From the IMG/VR virus record IMGVR_UViG_3300046028_005651, positions 1 to 36,461 of that record: a DNA stretch of 36,461 nucleotides, one strand, 5' to 3'. The stretch comes from a virus. Its lineage: Duplodnaviria > Caudoviricetes. Numbering within the stretch: the first letter of the stretch is position 1; each line of letters begins with the position of its first letter. A model generated the notes under the pieces. The model saw only the letters and a list, made by a program, of their open reading frames with translations, was not told the origin of the DNA and did not search any database. The position numbers and the translations under genes are program-made. This document shows positions 1-8,673 of the stretch, piece after piece.

Positions 1-549
1 AGAGAACGTGAAATTCAGTTATACGCTCAAATGGCTTATGACGATATGGTTGGTATTATAGGTAACGAAGCCAATAAAACTAAAGACTATAGTTTGTTGG
101 ATAACTTCGGTAAATCCTACAAACGAACAATAGCAACAGATACCGAAAGAGAGGAAAAATACATTGATTTAGACATTCAAGTTGTGCCATTGGGAGATAA
201 TATGGGTATAAGACAAGTTAGCCCCTACAAAGGACAGCAAAATGCTTTTCAATACCGAGATAATAACGCCCAAGCAGTTTTTAGTAAATTATTGGTAGAT
301 GTAGTATGTAGCACACCAACTTATTATGTTGAATTGCCTCGTATTTATTTTGACGATAAAATTGATAAAGACTTAACAACGGTTATGGTTAAACTTATAC
401 CTCCATTTTCTCAATTAAAAGGAGATGACGATGTATTTGTACCGGGAGGTCAAAACGGAAGAGTATTCCAAACAGTGTTAGAACTTATTCAGAACAAGGA
501 AAGACACCCACAGATGTATAATAATTCAGGTAGTAGTAAACAAATTTAA
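1..549 (+). CDS. Putative virion ring/tail-tubular (connector) protein, 5'-truncated
   Basis: Frame is open from position 1, so the gene probably starts upstream. It lies directly before a ring-like gene and the tail stabilisation gene, as in crAss-like podoviruses. Function inferred mainly from context. Confidence 0.5.
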   Translation, partial: REREIQLYAQMAYDDMVGIIGNEANKTKDYSLLDNFGKSYKRTIATDTEREEKYIDLDIQVVPLGDNMGIRQVSPYKGQQNAFQYRDNNAQAVFSKLLVDVVCSTPTYYVELPRIYFDDKIDKDLTTVMVKLIPPFSQLKGDDDVFVPGGQNGRVFQTVLELIQNKERHPQMYNNSGSSKQI

Positions 550-551
550 CC

Positions 552-704
552 ATGAGAAACACTTTAACAGCAATTTATAGCCTATTTTTATTCAAGCCAT
601 ACACTATCTTCCCAAGAGTTTTTGAGGTATTATGTGGTATTCAAGCGTGGTTTAACTTAGGTGTTGTTATATTTTGTATTTATAAAATAATCATTACAAA
701 CTAA
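552..704 (+). CDS. Small hydrophobic (membrane) protein, 50 aa
   Basis: ATG 552 to TAA 704 (MRNTLTAIYSLFLFKPYTIFPRVFEVLCGIQAWFNLGVVIFCIYKIIITN) fills the gap between neighbours almost exactly (2-nt and 3-nt spacers). Below the ORF-track length cutoff. Confidence 0.6.
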   Translation: MRNTLTAIYSLFLFKPYTIFPRVFEVLCGIQAWFNLGVVIFCIYKIIITN

Positions 705-707
705 ATC

Positions 708-1487
708 ATGTCAAATCAAAGTACACCAAGCAATCAAGTAAGCGGTTTAACAGATTTAAATTATGTTGTAGCCGAAGTTCAAAACGAACTGAATGATTAT
801 AGCCAAAACCAAACACAACGCTTATTAGGGCTAGGAATATCAATTCTTAGAGATATTCGCATTTATAACCAAGCAGCAATACAAGTTGCTTATATGACTG
901 TAAACGAAGCAGGAATAGTAGAATTGCCTCGTGACTATATCGACTACATCCAGATAGGAGTAAAAGACCATGGGCAGTTAAGAACCTTAACCTTAGATAA
1001 TAATATGCTATTGGATAGAGGCGAAAGTTGTGCGGAACCAACAAGAAAAATGGAACACTATTCAACGGAGTTTGGCGGTTATAATAACAATTTCCTATTC
1101 GGAAGTTATAGCTACAACGGAGTGTTTACGCCAACGTATTATGGAATAGGCGGAGGTAGAAATTCGGCTTATTACAAAGTAGATAAAGCAGCAAACAGAA
1201 TACAGTTCAATGGCTTCCTTTTAAATAGTGAAGTAATTTTGGTTTATAAAAGTACTGGAATAGGGCCTAATACAGTTTTTGGTTGGGAAGCAGTAAATCC
1301 AATTAAAGCAGGTATTCAGTACAAAAGAGTTGAACACGATTTAACAGTACCTATGAACCAAAAAATGCTATTAAAAGAAGTTTATGACGAAGAGATTAAG
1401 AAATTAAGACACTTCGTTCAGAAATTCACTAAGAAAGAATATCTAGACGTTTACCATAGGTGGAAAAAACAAACACCTAAACAATAA
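708..1487 (+). CDS. Tail tubular / ring protein (crAss-like, P22 gp4-like position)
   Basis: 259 aa with a 'VELPRDYIDYIQIG' segment resembling crAss-like ring proteins; immediately upstream of the muzzle gene. Confidence 0.6.
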   Translation: MSNQSTPSNQVSGLTDLNYVVAEVQNELNDYSQNQTQRLLGLGISILRDIRIYNQAAIQVAYMTVNEAGIVELPRDYIDYIQIGVKDHGQLRTLTLDNNMLLDRGESCAEPTRKMEHYSTEFGGYNNNFLFGSYSYNGVFTPTYYGIGGGRNSAYYKVDKAANRIQFNGFLLNSEVILVYKSTGIGPNTVFGWEAVNPIKAGIQYKRVEHDLTVPMNQKMLLKEVYDEEIKKLRHFVQKFTKKEYLDVYHRWKKQTPKQ

Positions 1488-1488
1488 A

Positions 1489-1519
1489 TTTGTAATTATA
1501 AAAAGTGTTTATATATTTG
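1489..1519 (+). promoter_or_regulatory. Bacteroidota primary-sigma promoter (-33/-7)
   Basis: TTTG (1489-1492), 19-nt spacer, TATATTTG (1512-1519): exact match to TTTG-N19-21-TAnnTTTG. Confidence 0.75.
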
Positions 1520-1524
1520 CCTCG

Positions 1525-1616
1525 AAGTAAAAGTTCGTCATAGCTTATATTTTGTGTTTTCATAGTATTTAATTTAGCAAATAAACCCACGTTGAAAAAT
1601 GTGGGTTTTTTGTTTT
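1525..1616 (+). ncRNA. Putative ~90-nt small RNA
   Basis: Bounded by a consensus promoter and an intrinsic terminator, with no + strand ORF. U-rich body carries two TCATAG motifs (1538-1543, 1560-1565). Confidence 0.5.
1583..1616 (+). terminator. Rho-independent terminator
   Basis: Stem AAACCCACGTT (1583-1593), GAAA tetraloop, AATGTGGGTTT (1598-1608), followed by TTTGTTTT. Confidence 0.75.
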
Positions 1617-1628
1617 AATTTTGAAATC

Positions 1629-4600
1629 ATGAAACAGAAAGGACTTTTCACTCGCAGGTTAAATACAGATAAAGAGGAAAGAACCCTCGAACAAGGCGAA
1701 TACAGAGCAGCACTACACGCTCGTATAGGAACAAGCTCACAAGGAAATGTTAATGCAGTAGAGCCAATACAAAGCAACGTACTTAGGACAGAAGGAATTA
1801 CATTCACGGGAGTTAACAAGTGTATTGGAACCTATCAAGACATAAAAAACAATGCAATTATCTATTGTATTTGGAACAGCAACAAGCAACACAGAATTAT
1901 AAGATATACGCCAAGCACACAAACGGTTGAAGATTTATTGCCTTTAACTTGGAACGTAGAAGTTTTAAATTGGCAATATGTAGAAGGCGTAAGGTTATCA
2001 CAAAAAAGACTTTGGAACTTACGCATAGTAGAAACAGGCGATTATCAGCTAATGTTTTTTACCGATGGCTATAATCAGCCTCGTAGAATAAACCTACAAC
2101 TAAAAGACGTAAGAGGTACGGGCGCATACACTTTAACCGAAGACGATATTGCAGTAGCTAAGAAGCCGCCATTTGAACCTGCATGGACTTATGCTACAGA
2201 TACGGCAGAACCTTCAAATTTTATTAGAAACAAATGGTTTCAGTTTCGCGCTCGTTACATATACGAAAACGGAGAAATAAGCAGTTGGAGTGCATGGAGC
2301 CCATTAACAATACCACCACAAGACGGAGTTGATTATAACCTAATAAACGTAACGCTTTACAGTGGCGATATAACCGTTAAAAAAGTAGAAGTAGCCCGTA
2401 GAGAGGGCAACGGTGTTTCAAGTACATCAGCAACAAATACAGAACTTTACATTTTTGCGACAGTTGATAATATTACACCAAGCGTAATTGACGTACCGTT
2501 TAGAAATAGTGAAGTTTTAAAACCCGTAAGTAGAACAACCTCGGATATTAACTTTTATGCAGTACCTCAATTAGCAGGTTGCCAAGAAGTAGTAGAAAGT
2601 AACCAAGTTGTTTATGGTGACATTACAGAAGGTTACAATAACCTTGTTATTGAAGACGCTGATTTGCCAATATTGGAAGCTACTTACGACCAAACAACTA
2701 TAAAAGCGTTTGAAATAGTTTTTGATGTATCTGCTAGAGCTTATTTTATTTATGTTCCACCAACTTATGTCCCATTGTTAAATCAAAAAGTTACAATAAA
2801 AATTGGGGCTACTTTAATTTTTTCTTATACCATTTCTACAGTGTCAAGAGGTGCGTTTATGACCGAAATAGCAGCAACCATAGATGGTAAAAATGGATTT
2901 ACAGCTACAGTTGTTGGCGATTATATAGAAACAAACATAACAACTTCAATTAGTGTTTATTCTTACGAAGTTGATTTTACTAGCATAAATGAATTTGGAT
3001 CATACACAAAAACAGTTGACCAAACAATAGGTGGCGGATATGTAAAAATAATTTATGAAAATGCAATTCTAAACGGAATGGTTCGCGTTAATCAATCAGA
3101 TTTTAAGATTACAGAAAATGTTTTTGGTACAATAACTTTTGATATAGGATTTAGTATAAGCACGGCAATAGGCGGTGACTATAATATGGTATTACTAGAC
3201 GCAACAACAAATACGCCTATTATTTATATTAGAAGCACTGTTATATCTGGTATTTCCGCTGACACATTTAGCTTTAAAATTGATTCTAATACTATTGTAG
3301 GTAAAACAATAGCAATAGCAGTAGAAAACATAAGCACCTCGGCATTAATAATAAGAACCAATAGTTCTTTACAAATTGATTTACAAGTGCCTCAATATTT
3401 AAAAAAAGGGGCAAAAAGCGGAGCAACTCACAAATATGGAATAGTTTATTATGACGAATATTTTAGGCAAACAGGAGTTCAAGCAGTAAGCAGTATTTAC
3501 ATACCAAGCCCTGCACAAAGAACTTACGGGCTGCCTTATAACTTTACAGACACAACTGATAACCAAGCGGGCTATATCCCACAAATAAATTGGGCTATTC
3601 AGCACAGACCTCCAATAATGGCCAAATACTACAAGTGGGTTTATAACGAAAGCAATATTTCTAATTTTTGCCAATTTATAGCAAACGTAAAAGACCCAAG
3701 TGTAAGCGCAAACGTTGGTTATAACTTTATAATTATAACCACTCAAAGCCTATCCCTATACCCTTTCTTATTTAAAGATATTACAGCAGGCGATGTAATA
3801 AGAATAATACTTACACAAGGGGACGGATTACTGGGGCTTACAGGCACACCATATGTTGAAAGTACAGTTTTATCAGTAACACCAACAGAACTTAAAATAG
3901 ACACTTCCAATGGGCAAATAAACACACAAAATATTGACGGTGCTTTGGTAGAAGTTTATGTGACTAATCAATCTGAATTTTATTACGAAACAAGAAACAT
4001 TTATACCATTGGTAATGCAGGAACAGACCAAGCATATCATAACGGCCAAACTCAAAACCAAACAGCAGATTTAAGTCAAGATGCTGAGGGAACCTTTTTG
4101 GGTACAACCTACTTTTATATCAACAATGAAGTTTTGGGTTCGGGAACTTCCCCAAACTCAACTGCATTTACCGAAAACGCTAATATTGACAACAACTTTG
4201 AAAGTAACTTTTGGGACAAAGGCAGACCACAAATAGAAACACCTAACCAAAAACAACAAAGAATACCTTGGATGTTACGTTGGGGAGGTAAACTATTCCA
4301 AGATACTGAAATCAATAACATGAGTAGTTTTGATGCAGGTAACTACGAAATACTTTCAGCAAAATATGGTGGAGTAATTGGACTAAGAGAAATAGGCTAC
4401 ACCATGAAAATAGTTCAAGAAGTAAATTATTCAACTGCTTATATTGGTAGAAGGGAAATTACAAATGCTGACGGCAGTAGTCAATTGGTTTTAACTGATA
4501 ACCTTATTGGGCAAATAAATGACAGTGAGTTTGGCTTCGGAACTAAATATGCAGGCAGTATAATCGTAAATGACAATAAAATGTACTTCTTCGATACCAC

Positions 4601-5606
4601 AAAAATGCAAGTAATACGCGAAGCAGGAAACGCTCCATTTGCTATTAGCAGCTATGGTATGGCAAGGTATTTTAGAGAAGCCTCGGAAATAATTTTAAAT
4701 GGGGACTACGAAATAATTACAGGATTCAATAAGCAAGAACAGTCTATGTATTTGACTTGGTTTAGTAACACCTTAGCAGAGCAAAATGTGACTTATTCAG
4801 GCGCAAGTGTATCAACCACAAGTCCGTTAGTTATAGTAATCGCAACGCCTAACCCAACTTTATCAATAGGTGATAAGATAAAAGTTTATCAAAACACAAC
4901 CTCGTTCATAGCAGAAATAGGCGACATTACGGGTAATTTTTATAATCTTATTTTAATAAGCGGAACACCTAATCTTAACCCAATTACAGCAATTAGCTTA
5001 TACGAAGTTGTTTCGGCACAAGAAACTATTTCATTCCTAGAACCCGAAAGAGATAGTGTAGAGCCAGGTTGGACAACAAACCATGAAATGGAAAAAACTG
5101 TTGATGGCAAAATTGTTCCAATTGATATGTATGGCTTTATTGGAGGAGTATTTACGACTGTTTTAAACGCTGATATTTACCAACACAATGCAAATGGTAC
5201 TTACTTAAACCTATTCGGAGAAAATAAAGACTTTAAAATTACGAGCGTATTTAATTTAGAACCTGACGCAAGCAAAGTATTTTTAGCGCATGCAGTTCAT
5301 TCTAATATTACCATGGCAAAAACCACGCTCGTTATTCCTGCAAATCAAAATTATCCAGTAGGAATGAAATCAATATTAGTAGAAGGTAATTATAAGCTAC
5401 GAGAAGGTGCTTTTTACGCTGATATAAAGAAGGACGGATATTCTAAGGGTATTGCAGCCGAAAATACAGCACAATTCATTAACGGCCTTATAAACGGCAG
5501 ACCAATGAGAGGACGTGTAATAGAAGTTGAAATTTTATATCAAGGAAATGATATATTTGTATTGTTTAGTCACGAAGTAGAAATCCAATATTCACCATTA
5601 AGCTAA
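1629..5606 (+). CDS. Tail stabilisation / muzzle protein (crAss-like, P22 gp10-like)
   Basis: N-terminus 'LNTDKEERTLEQGEYRAALHARIGTSSQGNVNAVEPIQSN', plus 'FFTDGYNQPRRIN', 'FQFRARYIYENGEISSWSAWS' and 'YGIVYYDEYFRQT', resemble crAss-like muzzle proteins. Start moved from 1599 (inside the terminator stem) to 1629. Confidence 0.8.
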   Translation: MKQKGLFTRRLNTDKEERTLEQGEYRAALHARIGTSSQGNVNAVEPIQSNVLRTEGITFTGVNKCIGTYQDIKNNAIIYCIWNSNKQHRIIRYTPSTQTVEDLLPLTWNVEVLNWQYVEGVRLSQKRLWNLRIVETGDYQLMFFTDGYNQPRRINLQLKDVRGTGAYTLTEDDIAVAKKPPFEPAWTYATDTAEPSNFIRNKWFQFRARYIYENGEISSWSAWSPLTIPPQDGVDYNLINVTLYSGDITVKKVEVARREGNGVSSTSATNTELYIFATVDNITPSVIDVPFRNSEVLKPVSRTTSDINFYAVPQLAGCQEVVESNQVVYGDITEGYNNLVIEDADLPILEATYDQTTIKAFEIVFDVSARAYFIYVPPTYVPLLNQKVTIKIGATLIFSYTISTVSRGAFMTEIAATIDGKNGFTATVVGDYIETNITTSISVYSYEVDFTSINEFGSYTKTVDQTIGGGYVKIIYENAILNGMVRVNQSDFKITENVFGTITFDIGFSISTAIGGDYNMVLLDATTNTPIIYIRSTVISGISADTFSFKIDSNTIVGKTIAIAVENISTSALIIRTNSSLQIDLQVPQYLKKGAKSGATHKYGIVYYDEYFRQTGVQAVSSIYIPSPAQRTYGLPYNFTDTTDNQAGYIPQINWAIQHRPPIMAKYYKWVYNESNISNFCQFIANVKDPSVSANVGYNFIIITTQSLSLYPFLFKDITAGDVIRIILTQGDGLLGLTGTPYVESTVLSVTPTELKIDTSNGQINTQNIDGALVEVYVTNQSEFYYETRNIYTIGNAGTDQAYHNGQTQNQTADLSQDAEGTFLGTTYFYINNEVLGSGTSPNSTAFTENANIDNNFESNFWDKGRPQIETPNQKQQRIPWMLRWGGKLFQDTEINNMSSFDAGNYEILSAKYGGVIGLREIGYTMKIVQEVNYSTAYIGRREITNADGSSQLVLTDNLIGQINDSEFGFGTKYAGSIIVNDNKMYFFDTTKMQVIREAGNAPFAISSYGMARYFREASEIILNGDYEIITGFNKQEQSMYLTWFSNTLAEQNVTYSGASVSTTSPLVIVIATPNPTLSIGDKIKVYQNTTSFIAEIGDITGNFYNLILISGTPNLNPITAISLYEVVSAQETISFLEPERDSVEPGWTTNHEMEKTVDGKIVPIDMYGFIGGVFTTVLNADIYQHNANGTYLNLFGENKDFKITSVFNLEPDASKVFLAHAVHSNITMAKTTLVIPANQNYPVGMKSILVEGNYKLREGAFYADIKKDGYSKGIAAENTAQFINGLINGRPMRGRVIEVEILYQGNDIFVLFSHEVEIQYSPLS

Positions 5607-5932
5607 TGATAACTAGAACATTTAATAACCAAACAACATTTGGAACCGTAGCAGAAGGCGTATTAGAGCAAGATGCTATGGTTTGGAGCCAATATGACCC
5701 AACAACCGATAAAAAAATAGATTTATATTTTAGATTTATTTCAGGTGGTTTTGGTTTGGCAGTTGACGTATTGTGTCAAGTTGTTTTAGAAGGAGTTGTA
5801 ATTGGAGAGTTTAGTACCCAAAACGACAGAACACTTCAAGAAATTTTAGATAGCCAAGACTATACAACAGTAAACAATTGCGAAATAGTTGTAAGCGATT
5901 ATGTTTCGCCATATATTAATAGTTTTGAATAA
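5606..5932 (+). CDS. Hypothetical protein (structural module)
   Basis: 108 aa, TAATG overlap with the muzzle gene stop (translational coupling). Confidence 0.6.
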   Translation: MITRTFNNQTTFGTVAEGVLEQDAMVWSQYDPTTDKKIDLYFRFISGGFGLAVDVLCQVVLEGVVIGEFSTQNDRTLQEILDSQDYTTVNNCEIVVSDYVSPYINSFE

Positions 5933-5937
5933 TTTAG

Positions 5938-5945
5938 TACCTTTG
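5938..5945 (+). promoter_or_regulatory. Bacteroidota -7 promoter element
   Basis: TACCTTTG matches TAnnTTTG, 19 nt upstream of ATG 5965. No clear -33 element. Confidence 0.45.
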
Positions 5946-5964
5946 TTAAAATAAAAATAAGAAT

Positions 5965-6750
5965 ATGCCATTACCATTATTAGCCGTAGGAGCAGGTTTA
6001 TCAGCATTAAGCACACTTCCAAATTGGTATCAGTCATGGAAACAAAGTGAGCGTGCAGACGAGTTAGCGCAAGGTTTAAAAAGACCTGACTTCGAAATAC
6101 CGCAAAGTGAAATTGATAGCCTAAACAGCGCAAAAGCACAAGCAGGAATGACTAGATTGCCGGGTCAAAGTGCTATTGAAGGTCGTTTAGACCAAAATAC
6201 AGCGAATGAAATTTCGGATATTCAACGTATGGGTACGGGTGGGCCAAATGATATTAATGCAGCAGCACGCGCTTATGGTATGCAGCAAGAAGGCGAAAAC
6301 AAACTAGGAATTGAAGCCTCGAATATGTACCTAAGAAACCAAGACATACTTAGAAGCCAATTAGACCAAAACGCTGAATGGCAAAACAAAGAATGGGAAT
6401 GGGATAAAAAAATGCCTTATGAAAATACTGCAGCAGCTATTGGTGCATTACGCGAAAGCAGCGCAAGAAACTTTGATACAGGTTGGAAAGACTTATTAGG
6501 AGGAGGCGCAAACCTAGCACTTGGAGAATATTTAAGAGGTGCAGGTGACTTGGATTTAGGCAAAACAAAAGGAGTTAACCCAAGTACATTTAAACTTACA
6601 GGCGACATGGGCCAAAACGGACCAACACAAGAATTGTTAGGTGCAGGTTCGTTAACGCCAGACCAAGAAATTAAAATAGACAAAAGACCACTTTTTGACG
6701 CTTTTACTTTCGGAGCAAACTTTCAACCTCAATTTACAAGTAGAAATTAA
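5965..6750 (+). CDS. Putative DNA ejection (internal virion) protein
   Basis: Hydrophobic Gly/Ala-rich N-terminus (MPLPLLAVGAGLSALSTLP), Gln/Ala-rich helical body and 'LLGGGANLALG' segment. First gene of the cargo block after the muzzle. Confidence 0.6.
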   Translation: MPLPLLAVGAGLSALSTLPNWYQSWKQSERADELAQGLKRPDFEIPQSEIDSLNSAKAQAGMTRLPGQSAIEGRLDQNTANEISDIQRMGTGGPNDINAAARAYGMQQEGENKLGIEASNMYLRNQDILRSQLDQNAEWQNKEWEWDKKMPYENTAAAIGALRESSARNFDTGWKDLLGGGANLALGEYLRGAGDLDLGKTKGVNPSTFKLTGDMGQNGPTQELLGAGSLTPDQEIKIDKRPLFDAFTFGANFQPQFTSRN

Positions 6751-6752
6751 TT

Positions 6753-7025
6753 ATGAAAGATAGAATAAAAGTAAACGCACACGAACAAGGTTTGGTAGGC
6801 GAAGCAGTAATTTTAACAGTTTGTAAGGATTCGGAATTAAAGCCCGCTGACGTACTAAAAAAATTTATTGAGTTTCCGAAAAAAGAAGGTGGAAAATTTA
6901 TAATGGGATATGTTCCTGATATTACAGAAACAACTATTCGTGTTGTGCCTTTTAGTAAAAATGAAACGATCCCAGAAATCAAACAAGGCGAAGAACTTTT
7001 AATTTTAAAAACAGCAGGATTTTAA
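6753..7025 (+). CDS. Hypothetical protein, 90 aa
   Basis: Fills the gap between two cargo genes with 2-nt spacers on both sides. Confidence 0.6.
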   Translation: MKDRIKVNAHEQGLVGEAVILTVCKDSELKPADVLKKFIEFPKKEGGKFIMGYVPDITETTIRVVPFSKNETIPEIKQGEELLILKTAGF

Positions 7026-7027
7026 CT

Positions 7028-8671
7028 ATGGCAATAGACGCATTATCAAGTGTACCATTAGGTCGTTCAGACACAGGCGAAGCAGTAGTGCTTGGCAAAG
7101 GAAACTTTGAAGACTTTACGGGCAATATATTAAAAATACGAGCCAAAGAAGGCGAGGAAAGAAAACAAACCAATGCTGAAATTGGAAAGTTATTACAAGA
7201 CCAAGTTCAAAGCAAGTGGGCTAAGGATAATATTGATATTTTCCAACCTAGAATGCAAGCAATTAAGGATAAAACTTTAGAGCTTTATAAGGAGAAAAAA
7301 GGCAGACTAAATAGTGTTGACCTTTACGGTATTCAAAGCGAGTGGAACAAACTTAAAGCAGAAGCAGATGCTAGTAATAGTTTATATGCCGAGGAGCAAA
7401 ATAGAATTAAGGCACTAGAAGAAGACCCGACAGGCTTAAAATACGATGCAGTAGAAAGCCAAAAACTAAGGGACTTATACCGTGACCCAATGAGTAATCC
7501 AGAATTAGCTAAAGAAGTTAAAGAGCAATTTGGAGGTAGTATAATTAAGTGGAGAGCAAACAATGAAAGAAGATTTGCTAACGTTGGTGCTTATAATATT
7601 GCAGAAGATATTGATAAGTATGCCAAGGATAAGTTAAGTAAACGATACACAAGGTTGGACGCAAAAGGCGAAAGAATATTTGAAACCGACAAGAGCGGAT
7701 TGTTCCAATCTACGCCATACCTAGAAGGGCTTGATAAAGAAAAAGCAAGAACAAGCTATAATGCTTTTTACGATAGAACTGATTATAAGGGTAAAAAATT
7801 CAAAGAAGAAGTTGGTAAAATGGTTGGTAGAAACTTCGATATAAACGAAAAGGACGGAACCATAACTCCAAACAATAGAGAACCTGCTACATTAGAGGCT
7901 TACAAAAGCGCACTTGAAAAAATTAATCCTTCAATGAGTGTAGGCCAAAAGGCGGAAATACTTAGAAAAGAGTATGGCTTAGAATTGATAAAATCACAGT
8001 ACCCACAAAAGCAAGGATTTGAAGACAGAACCATTCCTCAGCGAAATAACGTTAATGTTAATGTAGGTGGTGGACCTTCAACTAAATACAATTGGGCAGC
8101 AGGTTCGGCAGACGTAAAAAATCTTCCAGAATTAACTTGGGGAAAAACATTGCCAGGCAAAAAAGCAATAGAGGGCGTTAGAAACTATGTTCAAAAACTT
8201 TGGGCTGATAAAGTGCCTTACGTTACAGTTTCGCCAACCAAAGGCACAGAAACACCTACATTTAGACTTACTAATATTAAAACAGGTAAGCCAATGGAAG
8301 TAGCAACACTAGGGTTCAAGAAAAGCAAAAATGGTGATTGGGTTTACGTTTCAGCAGAAAAGCAAAGTTTGTCAGACGGTTCGCAGTCAATGGAAGAAAA
8401 GAAACTAGAAGCAGATAAGAAATTTGAGCCAATAGAAACAAACCTATCAGAAAATACAGCACTAGCGACAGAATTGGCAGCAGCCTATGACTTTGGAACA
8501 ACCGAAGAGTTGATTGACTTTTTAAATAAAAAAGCAAAGCAATCAGGAATAAAAGAAAAAGGAGTTACAAGACCAACAGGTGCAATACCAAGTATAGGAG
8601 GAACACCAAGTAACAAATCAACAGAAAAAGATAAGCCAAAAGGTAAAGTAGCAAATAAACACGGAATATAA
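7028..8671 (+). CDS. Putative internal virion / ejection protein
   Basis: 547 aa, charged and helical, located between the small ejection-like gene and the giant protein. Confidence 0.55.
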   Translation: MAIDALSSVPLGRSDTGEAVVLGKGNFEDFTGNILKIRAKEGEERKQTNAEIGKLLQDQVQSKWAKDNIDIFQPRMQAIKDKTLELYKEKKGRLNSVDLYGIQSEWNKLKAEADASNSLYAEEQNRIKALEEDPTGLKYDAVESQKLRDLYRDPMSNPELAKEVKEQFGGSIIKWRANNERRFANVGAYNIAEDIDKYAKDKLSKRYTRLDAKGERIFETDKSGLFQSTPYLEGLDKEKARTSYNAFYDRTDYKGKKFKEEVGKMVGRNFDINEKDGTITPNNREPATLEAYKSALEKINPSMSVGQKAEILRKEYGLELIKSQYPQKQGFEDRTIPQRNNVNVNVGGGPSTKYNWAAGSADVKNLPELTWGKTLPGKKAIEGVRNYVQKLWADKVPYVTVSPTKGTETPTFRLTNIKTGKPMEVATLGFKKSKNGDWVYVSAEKQSLSDGSQSMEEKKLEADKKFEPIETNLSENTALATELAAAYDFGTTEELIDFLNKKAKQSGIKEKGVTRPTGAIPSIGGTPSNKSTEKDKPKGKVANKHGI

Positions 8672-8673
8672 TT

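Noticed and set aside
1599-1628. ORF-track start of the muzzle gene at 1599
   Set aside because: The ATG lies inside the terminator stem; 1629 fits the family-like N-terminus better.
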